Positions 29,604 through 37,594 of a DNA stretch of 47,727 bases are shown in pieces. Each line of letters begins with the position of its first letter. Within the stretch, counting starts at the first letter, position 1. The notes beneath the pieces were generated by a model. The model did no database searches, was not told the DNA's origin, and saw only the letters and a program-made list of their open reading frames with translations. The stretch comes from Anaerolineae bacterium (lineage in GTDB: Bacteria; Chloroflexota; Anaerolineae; 4572-78; NAK82), in assembly GCA_049969215.1 (NCBI GenBank), contig JBMFPH010000003.1:1-47727 (forward strand), read 5' to 3'. Made by a program: the position numbers and the translations under genes.

Positions 29604-29723
29604 GGTGTTGTTCTCCTTTCTGTAGGACTAGTCTAGTTGTTAACGGCTCGTTTCAAACAGCGCAGTGGCAGAAAAGCCTTATCCTTGGGTGTCCCTCGGA
29701 TATTTGTGCCCATAGCGCAGCTC

Positions 29724-29738
29724 CTGTTATGATAACAG
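29724..29738. promoter_or_regulatory. Palindromic extended -10 element or operator between divergent genes
   Basis: CTGTTAT-G-ATAACAG reads TGnTATGAT on + and TGnTATCAT on -. Confidence 0.5.
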
Positions 29739-29770
29739 CCGGACGTACACCTGGCAAACGTTGAGGTACA

Positions 29771-30451
29771 ATGCTACGGTCAACCGAGCCCACACCCCAT
29801 ATGCATGAATGGCTGGATCGCCTGGCGCCCGTGGTGCAAGCGGCTCAAGCGACACTACGTTCGCGCAGTGCCGATGCGGTGGCGCGCCTGAGCGGCTGCG
29901 CGCGCGACGCAGAGGGCAACATGCGAATCACCTTTCTGGGCCGAGAATATGTCATCTCGCCGCATGACTTTAGCGTGTACTCCGCTGTCGACCGTCGTGA
30001 GGCATCTTCCTTCATAAGCAGCTTGATCCTCACCTATCTGGCCAACGCGGACGGCACGCTACCTGCTGGAATCTGGATCAGCTTCCGCGAGCTACCAGAT
30101 GGAATGTTCTATGTGCACGCTTTTCAGAGCTATTCCGGTGGGCGTCTGGTGCGCGAGCTGTCAGGTGGCCTGACCGCTTTTCATCGTGCGGCGCAGCGCC
30201 TTGGAGGACAGGCGCTCGCGCTGGGCAGTGCGGCGTACGCCTTCGAGGTACTTCCTCGCGTGCGGCTAGCTATCGTCTACTGGGAAGGGGATGACGAGTG
30301 TCCCTCGCAGGCCCAGGTGCTCTTCGACCGCAACGCCACGCATTATTTGCCCACTGATGGCCTGGCCATCCTCGGCAGCCAGCTGGTGAGTATGCTACTC
30401 AAGACAGCTGCCCGGGAGACATATAGACCTGACATCTCTAGTGGGAATTGA
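29771..30451 (+). CDS. DUF3786-family protein
   Basis: LILTYL..ADG....G.WISFRELPDG.FY..AF, F.VLPRV....VYW.GDDE.P...VLFD..A..YLPT pattern. Confidence 0.82.
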   Translation: MLRSTEPTPHMHEWLDRLAPVVQAAQATLRSRSADAVARLSGCARDAEGNMRITFLGREYVISPHDFSVYSAVDRREASSFISSLILTYLANADGTLPAGIWISFRELPDGMFYVHAFQSYSGGRLVRELSGGLTAFHRAAQRLGGQALALGSAAYAFEVLPRVRLAIVYWEGDDECPSQAQVLFDRNATHYLPTDGLAILGSQLVSMLLKTAARETYRPDISSGN

Positions 30452-30606
30452 AACTCAGAAGTGGCCGGTGTAAGCGTAGGTTGGCTGTCCGCTGCAAGCG
30501 CTCCAATAGGGTTATTATTCCGCTTCCCCGTGAACTTCTGTCTTTTAGCAGAACGACGATACCTGTAAATTGTCGATTATTGAAAGAATTGCCCCCAAGG
30601 CAAGCC

Positions 30607-30662
30607 TTGACAAGTACACAATTGTGTGATATCTTTTTAGTAATTAAATTCATTGGACTAAA
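30607..30662 (+). promoter_or_regulatory. Promoter and ROK/XylR-type operator of the ROK-ABC operon
   Basis: TTGACA (30607)-N17-TATCTT (30630-30635); operator TTTAGT-N15-ACTAAA (30636-30662); spacer palindrome ACACAATTGTGT (30616-30627). Confidence 0.7.
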
Positions 30663-30696
30663 TAAATCGCTCGTTTCTCTCTGACTGCAAGTTGCA

Positions 30697-31896
30697 ATGA
30701 TGCATCCACAAAGGAAAGCTACGCGCGAGCTCACCAAACTGCACAACCGCCGGCTAGTGTTCACCACCATTTACAATGCTAAACAGATCAGCCGGGCGGA
30801 TATTGCGCGCCTCACCGATTTGACCCCTACCACAGTATCGGGCGTAGTAGCTGAGCTGATGGAGAAACGCCTCGTCGTGGAAGATGGTATGGCAACCCTG
30901 CCGCGGGGCAAGCCGCCTGCTATGTTGCACGTCAACAAGGACGCCTACCATATGCTCTGCCTCGATCTGGCCAAGGCATCATTTCAAGGGGCCTTGGTCA
31001 ATTTGCGTGGAGAAATTCTCTACCAGCGTAGCATCCATTTGGGTGGACGCACCGGGGATGCGGCCCTGTCTGTGGCATTCGAGCTCATTGACTCCCTGCT
31101 GCCTATTGCCAGTAGTCCCATCTTAGGGATCGCCGTTGGTGCACCGGGCATCATTGACCCCGATAGGGGCATTGTGCACCGGGCGGTCAATTTCGAATGG
31201 CACGATCTGCCGCTGCGCCAGATGTTCCAAGAGCGCTATCCAGTCCCGGTTTACATTGCCAATGCCAGTTATGCTGCCGTGTTGGCTGAATATACTTTCG
31301 GCCGTCGCCGTAATGTGCCGGACTTGGTGGTGGTCAAGGTCGGCTACGATGTGGGTGCCGGGATTATCTTAAACGGCGAACCCTTCCTGGGCCATCGCTT
31401 TGGCGCTGGTGAGATCGGCCACATGGTGGTGGTGGAAAACGGCGAACGCTGTATGTGTGGCAACTTCGGTTGTCTGGAGACGGTCGCGAGCAGTCGTGCC
31501 ATCGTCAGGCGTGCGCAGGAGATCGCGCGTGACAGTCCCGCCTCGTTGCTTCATGCGTTCGCGCCCTCGCCGACAAAGCTCGACATCCGAGCGGTGTTAC
31601 GTGCATACGAAGCGGGGGAACCCGCTTTGCAGCCTGTGGTGGCAGAGGTAGGGCACTACCTCGGCCTCGCCATTGCCAACCTGGTGAGCGTCCTGAGCGT
31701 CCCTTACGTGCTGATTGCCGGCAGCGTCTCCAACTTCGGGCAGCCTCTGCTAGATGCTATCACCAAGGAGGTATACGCACGTTCGCTCGCCCGTACCGTC
31801 AGCCAGACAGTTATCGAAACAGCCAGCCTGGGTGCTGAGATCGTGCTGTTGGGTGCAGCGGGTTTGCTGTTGCGCCACGAGATGGGTGTCGTGTGA
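30697..31896 (+). CDS. ROK-family transcriptional repressor (XylR/NagC-like)
   Basis: N-terminal wHTH (ISRADIARLT.LT.TTVS); GIA.GAPG, GAGEIGH and CMCGNFGCLE motifs. Confidence 0.93.
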   Translation: MMHPQRKATRELTKLHNRRLVFTTIYNAKQISRADIARLTDLTPTTVSGVVAELMEKRLVVEDGMATLPRGKPPAMLHVNKDAYHMLCLDLAKASFQGALVNLRGEILYQRSIHLGGRTGDAALSVAFELIDSLLPIASSPILGIAVGAPGIIDPDRGIVHRAVNFEWHDLPLRQMFQERYPVPVYIANASYAAVLAEYTFGRRRNVPDLVVVKVGYDVGAGIILNGEPFLGHRFGAGEIGHMVVVENGERCMCGNFGCLETVASSRAIVRRAQEIARDSPASLLHAFAPSPTKLDIRAVLRAYEAGEPALQPVVAEVGHYLGLAIANLVSVLSVPYVLIAGSVSNFGQPLLDAITKEVYARSLARTVSQTVIETASLGAEIVLLGAAGLLLRHEMGVV

Positions 31897-31900
31897 GAGC

Positions 31901-31950
31901 CAAGATGGGTTCGTGCCTATTAACTCAAGATGGGTTCGTGCCTATTAACT
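31901..31950 (+). repeat. Exact 25-bp tandem duplication
   Basis: CAAGATGGGTTCGTGCCTATTAACT at 31901-31925 and 31926-31950. Confidence 0.95.
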
Positions 31951-32073
31951 ATTGAAAGGGGGTGAGAGTAGCAAAAGGTGTAAGAACAGCTCATAAACAG
32001 GAAAAAGAGCGAGATATCCTGCAACTGATAGCTACAACATTTCAATAACCCAGTAATGGAGGAGGATCCAACG

Positions 32074-33579
32074 ATGAACGAGAAGCGTAAAGCGATTTCC
32101 CGGCGGGAATTTCTGAAGGCAGCTGGCCTCGGCATTGCGGCCGCCGGGGTCTCCACTGTGGTTGCCCAGCCAATGCTGACTCAGACCGCCCTCGCGGCAG
32201 GTGTCCGCCCACGCGCCAAAAAGCAAGCTAAGGAGATCAGGGTGTTAGTGGTGGGTGACCCGTTCCAGTTTGCGTTGGAGAAGGTATTGGACGACTTCAC
32301 GGCTCAAACGGGCATCAAAGTCAACCTGGAGAGCTTAGCCTACGATGCGCTAAACGCGCGGTTAGTGACCTCGTTTGTCAGCCAGACGCCCGACGCGGAT
32401 GTCGTGACCGTGGACGCGATGTGGACCGGCCAGTATTTCGACAACCGCTGGGTTATTTCCTTGAACGATTACATCAAAGCCGACTCTGACGTCAACCTGA
32501 AGGACTTCATTCCTGAGGTGCTGTACTCGCTCAACCTCTGGCGCGGCAACTTTGTGTCTCTGCCCATAGCAGCGTACGGACAAGGGGTGATGTACCGTAC
32601 CGACGTGTTTGAGAAGGCGGGCCTGGAGCCGCCACCCACCAATCCGGATAAGGCTGCCGGTTGGACGTGGGACAAGTACCTGGAGATCGTCAAGCAGCTG
32701 CAGGGGATGGAGATGGATGGCACCAAGCTCTATGGCACTGTGATTGTGGGTGCGCAGCCGGTGCCAATTGTCCACATGTACACTCAGCTGGCCGCCAGCC
32801 GTGGGGTGCGCTGGTTCAAGCACTTCCCCGAGGCGCCATGGGACTTCGAGCCAACTATCAATTCTCCGGAGAACGTCGAGTCGCTCAAATTCTACAAGGC
32901 CCTCTACGAGCTCTCGCCGGCCGAGTCGATCAACTATGTATGGTTCGACGCCGGCACCCGCTTCTCTCAGGGCGACATCGGTATATTCTTCTGGTGGACA
33001 CCCTACTTCTACCTAGTGAAGAACGACGGCTATATGAGTGGTACGCCCTCCAAGATCATCGACAAGTTCGCCGTAGCCTTGCTGCCCAAGCTGAGCGACG
33101 ATGCGCCACAAGTCATCAGCAACGGCGGATGGAGCTTGGGCATTCCTTCCAGCTCGGCCAAGCAGGATGAAGCGTGGCAGTTCATTAAATGGGCCTGCAG
33201 CGCCGAAACCCAGAAGAAGATGGGGCTGGTCAAGGACTATAACTACCAGTTCAGCGACTTTGCACGTGTCTCCCTATACCAGGATACCGAGCTCAAGGCG
33301 ATTTACCCCTATTTGGACACCCAGCTGAAGCTCATGCAAATGGGCAATGGCAAGATCTCGCGTCCACCTATGCCCATCTACAGCACCCTCGAGGCCATTT
33401 ACGGGCTTCAGATCAACAAGGTGCTGTCGGGTGCGGCAACCCCGGAGGATAGCTTGAAAGAAACCGATGCCCTATTCCGCAACGCCCTGACCGGCAATTT
33501 CATGCTGCCCTACAAGCTGGAGAGTTACGACGATACGTTGGAGAACGCGCGCAAGCTGATTGATAGCCTGGCTAGTTAA
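32074..33579 (+). CDS. Sugar ABC transporter substrate-binding protein (CUT1) with Tat signal
   Basis: SRREFLK; F..QTGIKV, MYRTD.F, WTWD, GGWSLGI and AWQFIKW motifs; GGAGGAGG RBS before ATG 32074. Confidence 0.92.
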   Translation: MNEKRKAISRREFLKAAGLGIAAAGVSTVVAQPMLTQTALAAGVRPRAKKQAKEIRVLVVGDPFQFALEKVLDDFTAQTGIKVNLESLAYDALNARLVTSFVSQTPDADVVTVDAMWTGQYFDNRWVISLNDYIKADSDVNLKDFIPEVLYSLNLWRGNFVSLPIAAYGQGVMYRTDVFEKAGLEPPPTNPDKAAGWTWDKYLEIVKQLQGMEMDGTKLYGTVIVGAQPVPIVHMYTQLAASRGVRWFKHFPEAPWDFEPTINSPENVESLKFYKALYELSPAESINYVWFDAGTRFSQGDIGIFFWWTPYFYLVKNDGYMSGTPSKIIDKFAVALLPKLSDDAPQVISNGGWSLGIPSSSAKQDEAWQFIKWACSAETQKKMGLVKDYNYQFSDFARVSLYQDTELKAIYPYLDTQLKLMQMGNGKISRPPMPIYSTLEAIYGLQINKVLSGAATPEDSLKETDALFRNALTGNFMLPYKLESYDDTLENARKLIDSLAS

Positions 33580-33600
33580 GCCGAGGATAATTCTGCTCTA

Positions 33601-33629
33601 GGGGTAGGGAGCTCCTCGCTCCCTACCCC
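33601..33629 (+). terminator. Stem-loop after the SBP gene (mRNA stabiliser or partial terminator)
   Basis: GGGGTAGGGAGC-TCCTC-GCTCCCTACCCC, a perfect 12-bp stem with no U-tract. Confidence 0.7.
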
Positions 33630-33784
33630 AATTGGCCTAAGCCGGTTGGAACCAACACCAACTGCCTAAGTACCCATTAGGGAGCAGTCATTTTTAGGCG
33701 CCAGGGTTCTGAGATTGGGAGACCTCCAGATCTGTGGGAGAATCTTCAAGATCACAGAAATTCACAACCTGGGAGTGAGACATA

Positions 33785-34672
33785 GTGGATGCATTGAGCT
33801 CGCGCAGGGTACTACCTTATCTGTTAGTCTTGCCTTCAATATTAATGTTAATCGGCTTGATCATCTATCCGATCAGCTTTTCGTTAATCAACAGCTTTCG
33901 TCAATGGAACCTGCAGACCAGCCCGGTGCCATTGGGTTTTGTGGGCTTGTTGAACTACCGGATGGTCTTCGAGACCACCCCATTTCTCGATGCGCTGCGC
34001 AATACGTTGATCCTCTCAATAGCGGGTACTTTCATTGAGTTCTGGTTCGGCATGGGCATTGCGTTGCTGCTTGCCTCCCAGTTGAAAGGCACCAACGCGG
34101 TGCGCGCGCTCCTCATCATGCCCACCACGATCGCACCCATCGTGGCCGGGTTTCTCTTTCGCTACATGTACTATGAACGGGGCGGCCTGATCACCTGGCT
34201 ATTGACGCAGGTCGGCTTTCCGGTGCCGGTGCAGGGGTTGTTGGGCAGCTCCTCCACAGCGCTGGCCTCCATTGCCTTGGCGGACGTCTGGCAATGGACG
34301 CCCTTCTTCGCCATCGTGCTATATGCGGGGCTGCTCTCCATCCCCGAAGATATCAAAGAGGCAGCCATTGTGGACGGAGCCACCGGATTGCGCATGTTCG
34401 CCTGGATCACGCTGCCCTCGATTAGTCGCACGGCTATCATCGTGGTGATGATCCGCTTCATGCAGCTCTTTAACATGTTCGACCTGGTACTGGTTTTGAC
34501 GCGCGGCGGACCGGGCACTGCCTCGCGCACCCTGAGCTACAATTTGTATCAGGAAGGGCTGGTCAACTATAACATTGGCGTGGCCGCGGCGATGACATGG
34601 ATTATCGTGATCATCGTCACCATCCTGATCAACATCTATGCGCGTGTAGCTTTTCGTGGCTGGGAGTGGTGA
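33785..34672 (+). CDS. Sugar ABC permease (MalF-like)
   Basis: FVGL.NY, DVWQWTPF, EAAIVDGA (EAA loop) and LTRGGPG motifs. Confidence 0.93.
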   Translation: MDALSSRRVLPYLLVLPSILMLIGLIIYPISFSLINSFRQWNLQTSPVPLGFVGLLNYRMVFETTPFLDALRNTLILSIAGTFIEFWFGMGIALLLASQLKGTNAVRALLIMPTTIAPIVAGFLFRYMYYERGGLITWLLTQVGFPVPVQGLLGSSSTALASIALADVWQWTPFFAIVLYAGLLSIPEDIKEAAIVDGATGLRMFAWITLPSISRTAIIVVMIRFMQLFNMFDLVLVLTRGGPGTASRTLSYNLYQEGLVNYNIGVAAAMTWIIVIIVTILINIYARVAFRGWEW

Positions 34673-34674
34673 CG

Positions 34675-35502
34675 ATGCGCATGTCGATCCATCAAAAAGT
34701 GTTGATTTATCTGGCCATCATTGTGGTGCTCATCTTCTTCCTGGGGCCGATCTATTGGTTCTGGGCATTGTCACTGCGGTCTCCCACGAGCGCCTTTGCG
34801 TCACCGCCTGAGTTCTTCTTCGAGCCGACACTGAACGCCTTTATCTACACTTTTGTCAATCCGGGTGTCAACGCACCGCAGCTGGTTTCCAGCCTGATCG
34901 TGGCCAGTGGCGCCACGTTGTTGAACCTACCCTTCTCGGTGGCAGCTGCCTACGCGCTATCTCGCTTTCGCATGCGTGCCAAACAGTTTCTCATGATGTG
35001 GTATATCAGCCTTCTCATGGCGCCGCCGGTGGTCTTTCTTATTCCCTACTTCATTCTGATGTCCAGCCTGAAGCTGCGCGGCACTTATCTTTCCATGATC
35101 ATCATCGCTCAGACGATCACCATCCCATTCTCGATCTGGTTGCTCAAGAGCTTCTTCGACGAGGTGCCCGTTGATATTGAAGAGGCGGCGCAGGTGGACG
35201 GTGCGAGCTGGTATCAAGCGCTGACGCGCATCACTTTTCCTCTTGCCCTACCGGGCATCATCGTCACGTCGATGTTTGCCTTCGTGTTCACCTGGAACAA
35301 CGTTATTTTCCCGCTGGTTTTGAGCAACCAGAGTACCGCTACCTTGCCGGTGGGCACGCTTAACTACTTTGCCACCACGGGCGCCACCTGGAATTTCATT
35401 GCAGCCACAGCTGTGGTGACGATGCTCCCGCCAATGATTATTTTCCTGGTGCTGGGCCGCTACATCGTGCGAGGATTGACCTTTGGAGCGGTCAAGGGCT
35501 GA
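34675..35502 (+). CDS. Sugar ABC permease (MalG-like)
   Basis: AAYALSRF, EEAAQVDGA, F.FTWN and RGLT.GAVKG motifs; start placed at ATG 34675. Confidence 0.93.
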   Translation: MRMSIHQKVLIYLAIIVVLIFFLGPIYWFWALSLRSPTSAFASPPEFFFEPTLNAFIYTFVNPGVNAPQLVSSLIVASGATLLNLPFSVAAAYALSRFRMRAKQFLMMWYISLLMAPPVVFLIPYFILMSSLKLRGTYLSMIIIAQTITIPFSIWLLKSFFDEVPVDIEEAAQVDGASWYQALTRITFPLALPGIIVTSMFAFVFTWNNVIFPLVLSNQSTATLPVGTLNYFATTGATWNFIAATAVVTMLPPMIIFLVLGRYIVRGLTFGAVKG

Positions 35503-35555
35503 AAACATAACATTGTGCATAAACTTCACCGCGAGTAACAGAAAGGAAACAGACT

Positions 35556-36578
35556 ATGGACAAGGTAGGATTTGGTGTCATCGGTACCGGCATCTTCGGT
35601 GAGAATCATGCCCTGGTGTACAGCCGCCTGCCGGAAGCGAAGCTGGTGGCGGTGTGCGACCTCAATGCAGAGCGGGCACGTGCCATTGCGGAGAAATACG
35701 GTGCGCGCGCCTGGTACACCGACTACGAACAGCTGTTGAAACATTCGGACATTCAGGCGGTATCCATCGCCACGCCCGACTTTGCGCACCGCGACATTGC
35801 TGTGGCGGCAGCGCAGGCGGGCAAACACATCTTGTGTGAGAAACCGTTGGCGACTAACGTGAAGGACGCCCAGGACATCGTTGAGGCAGCACGTCAGGCA
35901 GGTGTCAAGCTGATGGTGGCTTACCACAACCGCGTCAGTCCGCCCTTTGTGGCAGCCAAGCAGAGCGTTGACGCTGGCGAGATCGGCACGCCTGCATACG
36001 GCTACATCCGCCTCAGCAATACCACCTGGGTGCCCATGGAGATGTTGACCTGGGGAAGCAAAAGCTCTGCCCTGTGGTTCCTGGGTAGCCATACCATCGA
36101 TATTATGCATTACCTGTTGCAGGATAGGGTGCGGCGCGTGTACGCGGTTGATCGTGCCGGTATCCTGCATGGCATGGGTGTCAACACCAAAGACTTCCAT
36201 GTGGCGATCGCTGAGTTCGAAAAGGGCGCGGTGGTGACCTTTGAGAACGCCTGGATCCTGCCTCGCAGCCATCCTATGGTCTATGAATTCCGTATGCAGC
36301 TGCTAGGTAGCGAAGGTGCACTGTACGTCAATGCTTCGCATCATGGAGCGATCGAAAAACATGTCGGTGGCAAGGCTTCCTATGCCGATGTGTTTGGTGC
36401 AACACCCACTAGCCGGCATCGTATTGGGGGATTTAATCTGGAAGCTATCGCCCGTTTCGTGGACGCGATCGTGTATGGCGACCCATTGCTTGCAACGGGG
36501 GAAGATGGCTTAGCGGCGGTACGAGTGGCTGCTGCCATCGAAGAATCGGCTGCCACCGGTCGCCCGGTCGACCTATAG
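35556..36578 (+). CDS. Gfo/Idh/MocA-family oxidoreductase
   Basis: GVIGTG, ATPDFAH, CEKP and GSHTID motifs. Confidence 0.93.
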   Translation: MDKVGFGVIGTGIFGENHALVYSRLPEAKLVAVCDLNAERARAIAEKYGARAWYTDYEQLLKHSDIQAVSIATPDFAHRDIAVAAAQAGKHILCEKPLATNVKDAQDIVEAARQAGVKLMVAYHNRVSPPFVAAKQSVDAGEIGTPAYGYIRLSNTTWVPMEMLTWGSKSSALWFLGSHTIDIMHYLLQDRVRRVYAVDRAGILHGMGVNTKDFHVAIAEFEKGAVVTFENAWILPRSHPMVYEFRMQLLGSEGALYVNASHHGAIEKHVGGKASYADVFGATPTSRHRIGGFNLEAIARFVDAIVYGDPLLATGEDGLAAVRVAAAIEESAATGRPVDL

Positions 36579-36597
36579 CGAGATAGAAAGTGCACGG

Positions 36598-36630
36598 CCC
36601 TCCCGCAAGCTTGAAAGCTGCGGGAGGGTT
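36598..36630 (+). terminator. Hairpin ending the ROK-ABC operon
   Basis: CCCTCCCGCA...TGCGGGAGGG stem shortly after the stop codon. Confidence 0.6.
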
Positions 36631-36737
36631 CCCATGCATATGTCTGTCGTTGTGCCTTGGGTCCAATCCCCATAATGGTGATGCGTTATTGCTATCCTAC
36701 TCACCGGACTGCCGATAAACTAAACTCCCACCGCAAC

Positions 36738-36766
36738 TTGCCACATCGCCTCACCAGCCGTATACT
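36738..36766 (+). promoter_or_regulatory. Sigma70-type promoter
   Basis: TTGCCA-N17-TATACT. Confidence 0.55.
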
Positions 36767-36849
36767 TGCCGATGTATGAAGGCCAGAGGCTTCACTGCGC
36801 GAGCGGTCACAACTGGCATATCCTCAACTCCGATCCAGGCAACTAGCCC

Positions 36850-37578
36850 ATGACGATCCTTATCAGATTGATCGCCAATTATGCCATCTGGCTGTACCTG
36901 TTCCTGGTGCTGGTTGCTTTTCTCTTCCTGCGCGCCTATATGGTGGCACGGCGCGAGCGGGATAACGCTATCTTCACTCTGGAACGGGAAGCTGCTAAGG
37001 GACGTATGGCGCAGGCTACCACCGGCTTGCTATTCACATTGGTCGCAGTGGGCGTTGTTTTCTACATTTCCCACTTCCTGGTGGCGGAGATACCTCAGCC
37101 TGAGATCACTCCCACGCCCACCATGCAGATCGTATTCCCTCCTACACCCACCCCGCCTCCATTGTTGCCCACTCCCACACCTACCGCCACGGCAACGCCA
37201 CGGCCTCGCCCTACATTTGTGTCGACTCCAACCGATACCCCCACACCCGAAAAGCCACCCGTAGTACCGGCCAACTGTCCCAATCCTGGCGTGCGTATCT
37301 CGGAACCGGGCGACGGAGCGACCGTGTCGGGTGTGATCCAGCTGGTCGGATCGGCGAATATCCCTGATTTCGAGTACTACAAGTTTGAGTTTCGGGGCAG
37401 TGGATTTGGTGATTGGACGTTCATTCAGCGCTTCGACCAGCCTATCAGCGGTGGTATCTTGGGCGCATGGGACACCCGTTCGGTACCACCAGGAGAATAT
37501 GAGTTCCGCCTCGTGGTGGTGGATAAAACGGGGAATTATCCTCCTCCTTGCGCCTTGCGCCTGATCGTTCAGCCATAA
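36850..37578 (+). CDS. Membrane-anchored protein: two TM helices, Pro/Thr-rich linker, C-terminal Ig-like domain
   Basis: Two hydrophobic segments, PTPTP repeats, I..P..G..VSG.I...GSA and WDT..VP.G.Y..RLVVVD..GN patterns, a Cys pair. Confidence 0.8.
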   Translation: MTILIRLIANYAIWLYLFLVLVAFLFLRAYMVARRERDNAIFTLEREAAKGRMAQATTGLLFTLVAVGVVFYISHFLVAEIPQPEITPTPTMQIVFPPTPTPPPLLPTPTPTATATPRPRPTFVSTPTDTPTPEKPPVVPANCPNPGVRISEPGDGATVSGVIQLVGSANIPDFEYYKFEFRGSGFGDWTFIQRFDQPISGGILGAWDTRSVPPGEYEFRLVVVDKTGNYPPPCALRLIVQP

Positions 37579-37594
37579 AGCGTTGTGTCCATCA

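Noticed and set aside
30420-30454. GGGAATTGAAAC, resembling a CRISPR repeat 3' end
   Set aside because: Single copy overlapping the DUF3786 stop; no repeat-spacer pattern and no cas genes.
31901-31958. 25-bp repeats followed by ATTGAAAG as a mini CRISPR array
   Set aside because: The copies abut with no spacer; this is a tandem duplication.
37100-37260. Low-complexity CCNACN repeats as a DNA repeat element
   Set aside because: They encode the Pro/Thr linker.
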